DNA of 64,000 nt. Origin: Octopus sinensis. Its lineage: Eukaryota. The notes under the pieces are model-generated. The model did no database searches. It was not told the origin of the DNA and saw nothing but the letters and a program-made list of their open reading frames with translations. The stretch covers positions 28,830,001 through 28,894,000 of the forward strand of contig NC_042999.1 of assembly GCF_006345805.1 (NCBI RefSeq). Reading direction: 5' to 3'. Every line of letters starts with the position of its first letter. Within the stretch, counting starts at the first letter, position 1. The translations under genes and the position numbers were made by a program. Positions 37,604 to 49,541 of this stretch are shown here, one piece after another.

Positions 37604-39052
37604 TTACATAGAGAGTATTTTGCGTAGGATATGAGTAGTTCCCATGAGCACTATCTTTTGAACTTCTGCCATTTTTGGGTTTCCTGGTATCTGAGTTAGG
37701 TAGCTATCAGCCCCTTTTGCTATCATTCCCAGGGCACCTATGACAACAGGTATTGTTTTAGTCTTCAGCTTCCACATTTTGCTGATTTCTATTTCAAGAT
37801 CTTTATATTTGCTCAGTTTTTGGTAGGTCTTGACAGATACGTTTATATCGATTGGGACAGTCATATCAATGAGGAGGCATGTTCTTTGTTTGAAGTTTTT
37901 CAATATGATGTCTGGCCTATTTGCATCTATCTTCCTGTCAGTTTGAATGGTGAAGTTCCAGAGGAGTGAGATGTGGTCATTTTCAAGCACTGGGGGCGGT
38001 TTGGGTTCCCACCAGTTTTTTTCATGGGGCAAATCCAGGTTTTTACAGATTACCCAGTGAATATATTGTGCAGCTCTATCGTGCCTGTTGAGATACTCTG
38101 TAGGCGCTAGAAGACTGCACTTGGAGACCACATGGTCAATGGTTTCATTTTGTTGCTTGCATACACGACACGTTGGACTGCTTCTGATCTTTAATATGTT
38201 GGCCTGGTAGTTTCTTGTTGGTAGGCATTGATCTTGAGCTGCTATGATAAACCCCTCTGTTTCAGATTTTAAGCCAGAGGTCATTAGCAATTGATGGGTC
38301 AGGGCTTTGTCGATATCTGCATTATTCGCTCTCTTTGGGTATTTGCCATAGCGAGGTTTTTCTTGCCATTTATTATTCAGAATATCTAAGGCCGCAGTTT
38401 TGGCACGGGTTTTCATGCGCCTAGCTTTTTCTGTGCTTGTTTCTTGTATATCTATCTCTAATTCCGAAATTGGTTGTATTCGGAATTCACTTAGATATTC
38501 CTTTGCCTGTTTTGTGACTGAGTATGATGCTTTCTTGTTTTCATGTTTTGAGACAAGTTTTAGCATCCAGTCCTCAGAGTTTTTCAGGTAGGTGTCTAGG
38601 CCAATTGTAGCAATCTTCATTGTTATTGCCAGTTGCAAAAGACCACGGCCTCCCTCTTTTCTTGGCAGATAGAGTCGTTCTGTATCTGCCTTAGTGTGGT
38701 GCATTCTATGCATTGTCAACAGTTTCCTTATTTTTCTGTCGAGCTGACATATTTCAGTAATTGACCAGTTAACAATATTGAAACTGTAAGTCACGACTGG
38801 TATAGCTAATGCATTGATTGCTTCGATCCTGTTTCTTACATTCAGCTCTGTTTTGAGTATTGCTCTCACTCTTCGATAGCATTCTCTCCTGATCCTTTCC
38901 TTCATCTCTGAATGCCTTATTCCGTTCCCTTCAATTATCCCTAGGTACTTGTAGCTCTCCGCCGGGTCTAGTTCTTTTATGACATTCTGTTGGTCAAGGT
39001 TAACGTTAGATGTTTCTGTCATTTTTCCTTTGATAAAGTAGCCTTTGCACAT
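37604..39052 (-). CDS. R4-clade retrotransposon protein, C-terminal part (thumb, CCHC knuckle, RLE endonuclease); continuation after frameshift
   Basis: YKYLG, RLYLPRKEGGRGL, CRVCKQQNETIDHVVSKC, RHD, NRPDII...IDMTVP...KLSKY, VIGALG. Confidence 0.93.
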   Translation of the reverse strand: MCKGYFIKGKMTETSNVNLDQQNVIKELDPAESYKYLGIIEGNGIRHSEMKERIRRECYRRVRAILKTELNVRNRIEAINALAIPVVTYSFNIVNWSITEICQLDRKIRKLLTMHRMHHTKADTERLYLPRKEGGRGLLQLAITMKIATIGLDTYLKNSEDWMLKLVSKHENKKASYSVTKQAKEYLSEFRIQPISELEIDIQETSTEKARRMKTRAKTAALDILNNKWQEKPRYGKYPKRANNADIDKALTHQLLMTSGLKSETEGFIIAAQDQCLPTRNYQANILKIRSSPTCRVCKQQNETIDHVVSKCSLLAPTEYLNRHDRAAQYIHWVICKNLDLPHEKNWWEPKPPPVLENDHISLLWNFTIQTDRKIDANRPDIILKNFKQRTCLLIDMTVPIDINVSVKTYQKLSKYKDLEIEISKMWKLKTKTIPVVIGALGMIAKGADSYLTQIPGNPKMAEVQKIVLMGTTHILRKILSM

Positions 39053-41328
39053 TTATCGAGGCCGAATTGCATTCTGATGTCGTCACTGAATTGTTTGACT
39101 ATCGCTAGTAAGCCCTTGAGTTGTTGATCATTTTTTGCAAAAAGCTTTAAATCATCCATGTAAACGAGATGATTTATATTTTTATCAAACATTTTATACC
39201 CGTACTGCGCATGATTGAGCAGCTTTGAGAGAGGTATTAAGGATAAACAAAAGAGGAGTGGTGACAGTGAGTCACCCTGGAAAATGCCACACGAAATTTT
39301 TACATCACCAGCATTTAGGGATTCACTGTCACTGTTCAGAGTTAGTGTGGTTCTCCATGATCTCATACTTACAGTCAAGAAGTTTCGCAGAGTTGGTGCT
39401 ATCTTATACATTTCAAGGCATTTCCTAATCCAGCTATGTGGTAGGCTATCAAAAGCCTTTTTATAGTCTATCCAGGCTATTGATAAGTTTTTGTGTCGTT
39501 TGTGACAATCTTCTAAGATCATCTTATTGATGAGTAGTTGGTCTTTACAGCCGTAGGATCCACGTTTACATCCTTTCTGTTCATTAGGGAATATGCTGCT
39601 GTCTGTTAAAAAACTATAGGTATATTCCGTCAGGACAGATGTTAGTGTTTTGTACATAGCTGTTAAGCAGGTTATGGGTCTATAGTTTTTTGGTTCATTT
39701 GTTTCTTCACTTTTTGGAAGCAGGAATGTTAACCCATTAACTAGCCAAGGAGGCATCCTACTAGGGTGTTGCAAAACATCATTGTACAGTTCTGTTAGCA
39801 GTTCATGGCTCTCTGGGAAGGCATTCAGCCAGAAGTTAGGAATTTTATCCTTTCCTGGAGACTTCCATTTGCTTGACCTCCTGAGAGCAGATCTTATATC
39901 TTCTACCTTGACACCCTCCCACTTTTGCTCTTCTAAGGGGTCCAGTTCTGTAGATATTCTGTCAATCCAGGGGGCCTTTTCGTTGTGTGTTTTTTCTTCT
40001 GCCCAGATTTCATTCCAAAATCTCTGCACTTCTTCTTTTGATGGTACAGACCCTGCAGTAAACGCTGTTTTTCCTATCTTCCTGTAAAAATTCTTGGTGT
40101 TATTTTTGAACATGTTGTTGTCCTTGAAAAATCTAACACGCTTTTCATACCTCGCTATGCGGGCAGCTTTGGCAGATACCTTTTGTTTGATGGTTTCTAT
40201 GGTGGCATCAATATCAAGTATAGTTTTCATATTGTATTTTTTCAGTAATTTTTGGGTTTTTGTAGGTTTGGTAATCTTGTGAGCCTTAAGGTTTTTCAAA
40301 TATTCAATGTCAGATCTAAATATTTTAATTTGTTGTTGCAGACGCTCTTGCCAAGAAGGCTTTTTGTGGGACTGTTGCCGTTTTCTAATCTTTACACCAC
40401 ATAGGATCGTTGAGATTTTCGCGGATGCATAGTATAGGTGGTTGAGGTTTGTGATATCAACACCATTAACTGAAATTATATCCTTAAGTGCAAGCCGGAT
40501 TTTACCAATTATTTTCATGTTTTGGTTAGAGTTGCGGATTTTAGGAAGTGTATCACGCTCATCCATGCTGGTTTCTTTAATTTTCAGCCATTCAATCATG
40601 ATTTGATTTTTTAGCTCATGTAGTTCTGTTGGGTCAATATTTGTGTGACTTTCTTTATCTATTTGATGCTCATCTGTCTTAGTGTTTATGATTGTTTCAG
40701 GGCGTATTTCACTTTGCCTATCACTTATACTAACTCTTTCAATCCTCTCTTCGTTTTTATCCGCCCTGGGCTGGTCTATAATCATTTCCTCTGTATTATC
40801 TTCTCTAGCTGCAGCTTCGTTCATTTTATCCGATATTGCTTGTCTAACCTGATCAATCTCTACTTCAGTCAGTAATTTCTTTTTTATAATGTTTCTTCTA
40901 ACATTGGCAAGCTTGTTACTGTCTATGTAGGGTCTTACTTCAGGGTGTTTCTGTCTCCAGTTTAAGTATGCTTGTACAGTGCTAGACTTATCTGTGGGGA
41001 AATATATGGCATGGTAGAAGGCCTCAAGAACTTCTTTATTATCTTCCCTAGACCATTTTTCCTTCTTTTTCTTTTGATTATTTGGTGATGAGCATGGATG
41101 GTCATCTGTTGGAATATTCCGGTTGTGGGGTTCGTCCAGCTCCTGTGTGTTAGGAAGATTTGATCCAGTAACTGATTTTTCAATCAGGATTTGGTTCAAT
41201 TTTCGGGTACGTGGTCTTTTGTAATCCGCGCAATGACCAATGCGGTTTATTGTTTGATTTGTTGACCTTGAAGCATGACGAGCATCCATTCTTATATTAG
41301 GAGATGGATCTGTCAGTTTAGGGTTCAC
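39019..41328 (-). CDS. R4-clade retrotransposon protein, N-terminal part plus reverse transcriptase
   Basis: KWSREDNKEVLEAFY N-terminal motif; WKSPGKDKIPNFWL, NYRPITCL, EQKGCKRGSYGCKDQLLI, WIDYKKAFDS, GIFQGDSLSPLLF, HLVYMDDLKLFA. Confidence 0.93.
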   Translation of the reverse strand: MNPKLTDPSPNIRMDARHASRSTNQTINRIGHCADYKRPRTRKLNQILIEKSVTGSNLPNTQELDEPHNRNIPTDDHPCSSPNNQKKKKEKWSREDNKEVLEAFYHAIYFPTDKSSTVQAYLNWRQKHPEVRPYIDSNKLANVRRNIIKKKLLTEVEIDQVRQAISDKMNEAAAREDNTEEMIIDQPRADKNEERIERVSISDRQSEIRPETIINTKTDEHQIDKESHTNIDPTELHELKNQIMIEWLKIKETSMDERDTLPKIRNSNQNMKIIGKIRLALKDIISVNGVDITNLNHLYYASAKISTILCGVKIRKRQQSHKKPSWQERLQQQIKIFRSDIEYLKNLKAHKITKPTKTQKLLKKYNMKTILDIDATIETIKQKVSAKAARIARYEKRVRFFKDNNMFKNNTKNFYRKIGKTAFTAGSVPSKEEVQRFWNEIWAEEKTHNEKAPWIDRISTELDPLEEQKWEGVKVEDIRSALRRSSKWKSPGKDKIPNFWLNAFPESHELLTELYNDVLQHPSRMPPWLVNGLTFLLPKSEETNEPKNYRPITCLTAMYKTLTSVLTEYTYSFLTDSSIFPNEQKGCKRGSYGCKDQLLINKMILEDCHKRHKNLSIAWIDYKKAFDSLPHSWIRKCLEMYKIAPTLRNFLTVSMRSWRTTLTLNSDSESLNAGDVKISCGIFQGDSLSPLLFCLSLIPLSKLLNHAQYGYKMFDKNINHLVYMDDLKLFAKNDQQLKGLLAIVKQFSDDIRMQFGLDKCAKATLSKEK

Positions 41329-41416
41329 TACATGTAAGCATTGCTCATAGCGCCGCTTCTTAAGACTAGCAGATCTATATTCGTCTGTATTTTTTTTGTT
41401 GATAGTTTTATCTCCG

Positions 41417-41592
<176 letters not shown>

Positions 41593-43050
41593 GAAATTAA
41601 TTGAGGTTCGGTCTTATTCCTGACAGGATTTATGTGTGTAACGGTTTACTTACTCTAAACTTAGGTGTACACATATTTTCAGCCGTGTTACCTGACAATC
41701 CTTGCTGTTTCTGAAAGACAAACTTTCTGTAGGCGAACTACAGGCCATTCTATTCCAATCTCCTCCAGTCATTTGTCTATAATTGTTTACTGTACCCAAT
41801 GTACCAATTAATATAGGCACGACCTTTTCAGTTCTCATACTCCAAATTCTTCCTATTGCAAATGTTATGGGATTGTATTTTATTTTGTTTTTCGTATTTA
41901 TTCTTTACGATTCTGAAATCAAACGGGAATGGTGTGTCGATTACTAAGCAACTTCGCTATTCCTTAACTATGATTATTATATCCGGTCTCTTCTTTTTTA
42001 ACTTCTTGTCCTTTTGAATAGGAAAGTCCCACAAAATCTTACATTTCTGCGACTCCAGTACTCTTTCGACTCCAAGATCATACTATATGTCTCCAGCTTC
42101 AAATCCTCATTTCTTGCAGTTTCAACTGTAAAATTTTTACCTCCTGGTCATGCCACCATTTCTTATATTTCTTCTAATGCCAACTTCGAACATTCTTCCA
42201 CAATATGTGCCACTGTCAGGTTCCAAGTTTCACAGACTCTGCATTTTTCTAACACATTGTCTCCATATATATTTTTTCTAAATTTGTTTGTTTTTGTTTC
42301 TTGATCTTTCGCTGCTACAATCAGGATGTTTCTTTTTTTTTAATTACTTCCACCCCTTTTAGCTAAACCCCGGATTTTTGTTCCCCGTACGCCTTCAATG
42401 GCTCTCCAAAATTGACCATGGACAGGTCTCTCTTCAATCTGTTAGAAGTACTCTCTTTGTATTTCATTCTTGTCCTTTTCTCCTATTACCCGTTTCAAAA
42501 CCTTTGATTCATTCATTGACCTCAGTAGTCTTTCTGTACCGTTTTATAAATATCCTACTAGGTAATTTCTTTTTTACCACTGTACACATTCTTCTTCCGC
42601 TATTAAGTGACTTCCACCCTGGTCTCTAATCAAATACAGCCGGTTGATATCAACTATCGGAAGGTGGGCGCCATACATAGTCAACAACTTCTAGTTTTTC
42701 TGTCAACTCTCTTTTATCGTGCTTGGTCCAGTCTCTAATTATGACTCCATATCAGATTAAGGGTATTGATCCTGAATTTATTGTTTCAATGGGATTTTTT
42801 GAAATGAGTTTTGACAAACAATATTTTTTTGCTCTCCTTCTGTAATCCCTACTGGCAATTTGCTTCATTTCTTCATTTTCATTTCACCTGCTTCCAGTAT
42901 TGCCAAATACTCATGTTACAGTCTCTTCTCAACCGCTCTCATGGTAGCCCTTTTAGCATTTCAATTCCCTGGCTTCTTTCAGATGTTCCTCCTTTCGTTT
43001 CCAAAATAGTGCGCATTTCTATCTCGAATTCCATAGCTACACCATTTGAG
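41593..43050 (-). mobile_element. Degraded 5'-truncated R4-clade element (element B, a different subfamily)
   Basis: Frameshifted GMEF..., DRK.R.LLTMYGAH...RLYL.R..GG, HGQFWR, KCRVCETWNLTVAHIVEEC, KVVPILIGTLG; the 3' UTR runs into (TAA)n. Confidence 0.85.
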
Positions 43051-43065
43051 AAAATGCGTATAATA

Positions 43066-43290
43066 TTCTTTTACTCGTTTCCGTCATTTAACGATAGCCA
43101 TGCTGGAGCAACACGTTTAGTCGAGAAAATCGTTCCCAGGACGTATACTTTGTAAGCCTAGTACTTATTGTAATGGTCTCTTTTGCCGAACCGCTAAGGT
43201 ACGGGAACGTTAATACATGAGCAACTGTTGTCAAGCGATGTTGTGTGGACAAACACAGACACATACACACAAACACACACACTCACACAC
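43066..43290 (-). mobile_element. SINE family A, 3' half
   Basis: Matches the 3' module of 15126-15554. Confidence 0.8.
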
Positions 43291-43769
43291 ATATTATTTG
43301 CTTCGTATTGAAATCATTTTCAGACTGGTGGTTGTCATATTTCGGCGCAAAAACGAATCAGTTGCAGCGTAGACTGCAACATGACAGGTCGTAGGTTTCC
43401 ATCATGGTAACCCATGCTGAAGAAGGTGAAGCTAGAATGCCAGTCCAGAAACCAGTCCACGTAAGTCCAAATGTAGATTGAGAGATTGTACCTGCCCGTT
43501 CGCCCGTAGACGGTTGATTTCTGTAGTTTTCATAAGTTTTTTAAAATTTTATTTTGGCGATTTAAATAGGAGTTTTGACTGTTTTTCTTTTCCAGCAGGT
43601 GGACATATAAAATGTCCTTTGATTTTAATACTTCAGCTACTCAGTGTTTTGGGGGCCTGCAATCGCCTATATTATTGATTCTGTTATCATTTCTAATTGT
43701 TACTGTAGTAATAATAGAGTCAATATCTTCGCAAATTAATTGCCTTGTGTGTGTGTGTGTGTATATATG

Positions 43770-43925
43770 TACGACGGGCTACTTTCTGTTTCCGTCTACT
43801 AAATCCACTCTCAAGGCTTTGGTCAGCCTGAGGTTATAGTGGAAGGCACTTGCCCAAGGTGCCACGCAGGGGGACTGAATCTGGCACCATGTGGTTGGTA
43901 AGCAAGCTACTTAACACACAGCCAC
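43770..43925 (-). mobile_element. SINE family A, 5' half (head)
   Basis: Matches the head of 15126-15554 (GGGGACTGAA...CCATGTGGTTGGTAAGCAAGCTACTTA.CACACAGCCAC). Confidence 0.85.
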
Positions 43926-44099
43926 TTCTGCTCCTAGAATTTAAGACAGTAAGGCGCGCTATTTTGAAAATGAAACGTGGAAAATTTGAAAGAAGCCAGG
44001 GAATTAAAATACAAAAGGAGCAAACAATGAGAGCGGTTGAGAAAATACTGTGGTATAAGTACTCAGGAATACTGCTTTTTCTCATTTTTCGCATAGAAC

Positions 44100-45395
44100 A
44101 TGGTGTTGTTGTTGCTGCAGCTGTTTTTGTTGTTATGTTTATTTTATACACGCACAAGAAATTAGAGTGTTGTAAAAGAAAGATCCCTAGCATTGGACTA
44201 CAACCACTGAATCTAAATGCCAAGGACCCTCCTAAGTATCCTAGCTGTCCCTCATAACGCTGTTTACTGGAGCTGTACTAAACGAGGCTTTATGCTTATT
44301 TCCTCTATCCATTTGTTGAAATCTTTAGGAGGCGCACGAGTGGCTGTGGTAAGTAGCTTGTTTACCAACCACATGGTTTCGGGTTCAGTCCCACTGCGTG
44401 GCACCTTGGGCAAGTGTCTTCTACTATAGCCTCGGACCGACCAAAGCCTTGTGAGTGGATCTGGTAGACGGAAACTGAAAGAAGCCCGTCGTATATATGT
44501 ATATATATATATGTGTGCGTGTGTGTTTGTGTGTCTGTGTTTGTCCCATCCAACATCACTTGAGAACCGATGCTGGTGTGTTTATGTCCCCGTTACTTAG
44601 CGGTTCGGCAAAAGAGACCGATTGAATAAGTAATGTGCTTACAAAGAATAAGTCCCGGGGTCGAGTCGCTCGATTAAAGGCCGTGCTTCAGCATGGCCGC
44701 AGTGAAATGACTGAAACAAGTAAAAGAGTAAATGAGTAATAGTAAATGGAGGGATACATTTTACTCGCCCTTCCCGTAGTCTCTGTAACTCAATGTCTAT
44801 GTTCTGATACTTTGCAATTTTCTCTAAATTTTCCGTATTGACTCTCACATCAATTCGGGCAATACAGTCAATTATCTGGCACATATTATTCGCATTATCT
44901 ACTACTAGAAAACCAGCAATCTACCTTGTATTACTGTGTCACAGTGTTAATGTTCCACAACATATATTTCTCAGTTTCTAGTTATTTACTAGTTTTATGC
45001 TTATAACAGTTATAAGTATGGTCAAAACCTAGCTTTCTACGTAACCCCAAGTAGATTACTCTCCCAGAGTTGTTATGTCGTTTCTTGTATTCTTTCTCTG
45101 CCATCATGTCTTCCTTAATACTAAACTGTGTGGGATCAAACATAAGACAAATAATAAAGGGAATAACGAGTTTTCTTGGAAATTTCTTGTCTTGATAATA
45201 ACTCTCCTTAAGGCTGTGTCACCTGAGTAGATACCTATTCTCAATTTCTTCATGCTAAAGTTAATTAACATTTTTTTATGAAGTCTGTAATACTGAAAAT
45301 GCTCAAACTTACATTTATCCATGAGTGTGGAAATATGCCATAGGCTTTCTTATACTCACTTACTAGTGTAAAATGTTTCTTTCTTGTGCGAGATA
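44100..45395 (-). mobile_element. Internally deleted R4-clade element (element C), interrupted by a SINE
   Basis: Minus strand: YKKAY..PHSW, ENSLFPLLFVLCLIP (RT), then directly KEYKKRHN...CQIID...EKIAKYQNIDIELQRL (RLE); resumes after the SINE with KWIEEISIKP..VQLQ...GTARILRRVL. Confidence 0.8.
44330..44745 (+). mobile_element. Full-length tRNA-derived SINE family A
   Basis: A box TGGCTGTGGTAAG, B box GGGTTCAGTCCC, central (TA/TG)n, 3' module and AAAAGAGTAAATGAGT tail. Confidence 0.92.
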
Positions 45396-45572
45396 TACAG
45401 ATCTGATATCAAGATGAGTAGAGCATGAACTTGTAGTTGGAGCACAGTTAGAATTTTCTTCAGGCTGAGTAGCCCATCTCCATTAACAGGTCCCCGAATA
45501 AGGGTTAGGAATGTTGAACGGAACACCCATGTTGATCGAGGTGAATTATCCAAACTCCAAAGAATCAGGGCA
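45396..45572 (-). mobile_element. Fragment of the same UTR family as 36880-37070
   Basis: Shared CACAGTTA.AATTTTCTTC.GG...GTCCC.GAATAAGG.TT...GGATG.TGAA...ACACCCA. Confidence 0.7.
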
Positions 45573-45663
<91 letters not shown>

Positions 45664-45720
45664 TATTATTATTATATTATTATTATTATTATTATTATTA
45701 TCATCATCATCATTATTATT

Positions 45721-45755
<35 letters not shown>

Positions 45756-45905
45756 CATCATTATTATTATTATTGTTATTATTATTATTATAATTATCAA
45801 TATTATTATTATTATTATTATTATCATTATAATAATAATAATAATTATTATTATTATTATTATTATCATTATCATTAACATTATTATCATTATCATTATT
45901 ATCAT
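45573..45905. repeat. Long degenerate (TAA)n/(TCA)n microsatellite
   Basis: Directly visible. Confidence 0.95.
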
Positions 45906-46004
45906 TATATACATTTTGTGCCGACGAAATCAACAGGCTTTTAATTATCCACTTAATCAATCATTCAGTCAATCACTTAATGAATCATTCAATGTGTGCG
46001 TGTA

Positions 46005-46590
46005 TGATATTAGAGTGTATAATAATAATCTATACCCGTAGAGAAGACCATCGTGTGGACTTCTAACATGCTACAAACGGCAGTCAAATCCCAAACCATG
46101 GGAAAATCATTCTTAGTCATGGCACATTGATTGTATGCCAGCAAGACACTTGAATGAATAAAAATCTCAGTTGACTCCATTCTCATGAGTTTCACCATTA
46201 ATGATTAGATATACCAATTTATTAGTTAATTAATTGAGCACATAACCACTTTTTGCTCGTCAGTAGAGTCGCTGGAAGATGTATAATTACGTGTTTTCGG
46301 TATGTATTATAGATTAATAATTGTACATTTTCCAGTGACTCTACTGACGAGCCACAGATGGTTAATTAATCAGTTTATTGACTAATTATTTGATTAATAT
46401 AATCATTTATAGTAAAACTTACGGTTACAGAGTTAACTGAGATATTTACTCTTTCAAGTGTCCTGCTCACATACGATCAATGTTTGTTTTTCATGGTTTG
46501 AGATTCGACTGCCCTTTTTAGCATGTAACAAGTTGATATGGTGCTCTTCTCTCCGCGTGTAAATTTTTATACGCTCTTATATTATAAAAA
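46005..46590. repeat. ~580-bp imperfect palindrome (fold-back element, family Q)
   Basis: 46255-46289 vs 46318-46352, the CAAGACACTTGAA..AAAAATCTCAGTTGACTC block vs GAGTTAACTGAGAT..TTCAAGTGTCCTG, and AACATGCT..GGCAGTCAAATCCCAAACCATG vs CATGGTTTGAGATTCGACTGCC..AGCATGT are reverse complements. Confidence 0.85.
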
Positions 46591-46679
46591 TATTTATGTC
46601 TTCTGACTTTTATTTCGAATGCTAACCGCTGGTACAAATTAATATTTTAATAATGTTTTACCCTTGAATTTATATATAA

Positions 46680-47140
46680 ATTCGAGGCCGTTCGGAAGCC
46701 AGCAGAAATGAGAGAAAAACTAACAAGCAAAATGGACAGACGAAGGTTGAGTTGGTTTAGCCACATAGTGATGATGCATGAGGAGCGGATTGTAAGGAGG
46801 GTGATGAAGGCAGCCGAACCAGAGGTATACCTCGGTTTGTGTGGATGGATGAAGGAGTGAGGAAACCTTTGGTGGTTAGAGGTGTTGGAGTGAGAGGCAA
46901 GAGAATTTATAAATAACAGGAAAGCTTGGAGAGTCTTTGTGGACGGATGAGTGAATTTGATGTTGCTCAAAGAGGTACGGAACCAGTATGATGTGGCCGG
47001 GATAAACCAGCATATGCTGTCGGGCAGCGCTGCTGATACTGGGGGTTGCGTTCTATGCAATGACCCGAGCTAGGAAATGAATAGAATGCCTAGTGTGTAT
47101 CTTGCTGTGGCTGAGCCTGTCGAAAAATGGGGTATAGTCC
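46680..47140 (+). mobile_element. RTE-clade LINE 3' fragment
   Basis: KMDRRRLSWFSHIVMMHEERIVRRVMKA...PRFVWMDE...NRKAWRVFVDG (L.WFGH..RM / RP...W.D motifs), followed by a UTR and (CA)n. Confidence 0.8.
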
Positions 47141-47144
47141 TGGG

Positions 47145-47180
<36 letters not shown>

Positions 47181-49495
47181 TATGTATATACATATATATA
47201 TATAAACATATGTTTAAATCACTAGAATAAATTTTAAGTCATTTGGAAGGTAGATATCCATATTGGCAAACAATATCGAACACTGAGAATTATGTTCATT
47301 CATTTAGATTTCAAAATAACACCTGTAGTACTGTTTAATTAGTAAAAGTAAATTTTATTTCTGAGTGTTTTTTTATAAATACGCATTTAAAAAAATACTA
47401 ACTACAAAGAAAAAGGGAGATTTATATATTGTGAATTAAGAATTTGCAATTTATAAGTCGTATATGCGCGTTACAGGAAAGCTAGTGTTACATAATATGT
47501 TAGTTTTACAATCTAATCAATCTATATTTAATCAAGTATTGCATTAAATATATCTAGAGACCACAATTATAACCCTCTCAAGACAGTTATTTATCCAGGA
47601 ATAGAAACAATGTAACTTTTATGATAGAATTGTCAGATAATCAAAACTTGTCCAACAGCAGCAACCAAGTGGTTTAGAAGAAGAATTGTACATAAGAAAA
47701 ATGTATATCAGTTCAAATCTGTTCTGTTCATATAGCAGGAATACTTATTGTTGTTAAACTTTTGTTGACCTCGATAGAAACTAACTGTATCAAAAGTATA
47801 TTAATATTTAGGTCACTCACGTTGATCAAGCTAAAGTCGATAAACTAAGGACTGATTAATGTGCAGAAATAACACATCTTTTTACTATTTAACACTGGCC
47901 TATCTGAAACGTACGTAAGCAGACTACAAATTGCAATCTATGATTGAATGTTTTATAAGAGATATAGATCAATAGATAGATAGATGCATATGTATACTGA
48001 CATGTTAATCATTAATACACTTGAATGCTTACATCTAACCACTTACAATTGTATGAGTTTTGTTCCGATATATATTTTATGAAGCTGCACAAAATTTAGT
48101 AAATGTGAACAATTATTAGTAGTTAATCGAAACCCGATTGATGCTTTAACAATGCAATAATCGCCATGAATAAAATATACAATAAAGTCAGATTATATTA
48201 TTTGTAATCTTCAAAACGCATATAAAAGATAGGATATTTTATTTTGTATAAAGTTATTAGTAGCATGTAGTAGTATTATTTAAATACGGTTGAAATCAAT
48301 ATATCTATCGGAGCTGATTGGCAATAAGTCTGATTAAAACTCATCGACTTTGAATATATATTACACTATAGATTTCATTGGTAAAATCCGAATACATACG
48401 AAAATCAAATGTAGTTGCCGACAATTTCAATATGAATTAGAGTTTATATCCTTGCCATCAAGGAATCAGACAACATTTATATTATATTATAGCTTGTCTC
48501 TTTCATAAATGGTGATAATGAGTATCAAATATATCAATAGACTGTGTTATATACATTATTGATATCAGTTGCAGATGTTTTGATGTGCAAACTTGATTTT
48601 TGATTCTGAAATATCTCATGTTAAATAGGATATGAAATAAGTCATATATGATATTTTTGATGCGTTTGGTGCTGCTGCTGCTACTGTTGTTTTTGTTTCA
48701 CTCAGTTAAGTCATGTTCAAGGCAAATTCTCTCGATATCACTCCAGTGATGCCCGACTTTTACATTTTCAGAAATAAGAGCAGACTCTTAATAAGTATAT
48801 GTTAGTTTTAAATATATATATATAAAAGGTAGCGAACTATTCAGTGTCAATTCTTACTGCCAATCTCGTTCGGGTTATTTGCTGTTGTGACTTCTGTGAA
48901 TTTTAGCTCGTCTGTTGAACATGTAAAAATTCTCACTTTGGCTTATGACCTTTCCCTAATAGTAATCTCTGAAGAAGATATAATTCTATCACGAGTAAAC
49001 ATTATCTCCCACGCATTTAGCATGATGTAATTATTACCGAAAAAATTTCTTTCAAAATCCCGCTACTTTAAATGACTATATTGACCCTTCAGGTGGTAGC
49101 AAAGTTGAGTAGTATGTTAAAAAAATTACGTGGTAAGTTTGCAAGTCACGATTATTTCAAATAGTAAAATATTCAATAGTATATTTCTAAACTACTAGAA
49201 AATAAAATTTTGCATCATACAGAACATATAGATGAATATTAATATATGATGTCAAAGGAATTCATTTGCATACATTAGAGAGTATTGCATCGACGCAAAA
49301 TGCGAATAGAACGTAAAACTCTTCGACTTGGAGAGAGTGACGGTTTATTACCTCGACGCCATGCTTATCATAAAGCACATGAAAGAGTAAACCATTTCAA
49401 TATCTATCATTTTTATAACGACAGAAATGTAAAGTTTTAAATTGAATGTGTTTATCACATGCATAGCTATGTTGAAACCGATGTGTGTGTGCGTG

Positions 49496-49541
<46 letters not shown>

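Noticed and set aside
39019-39052. Programmed ribosomal frameshift between the two R4 ORFs
   Set aside because: R4-clade elements have a single ORF, the break is mid-domain and one added T restores it; mutation or assembly error is more parsimonious.
45511-46041. Poly-L/I/N ORFs here and at 36578 and 41341
   Set aside because: Translations of (TAA)n tracts.
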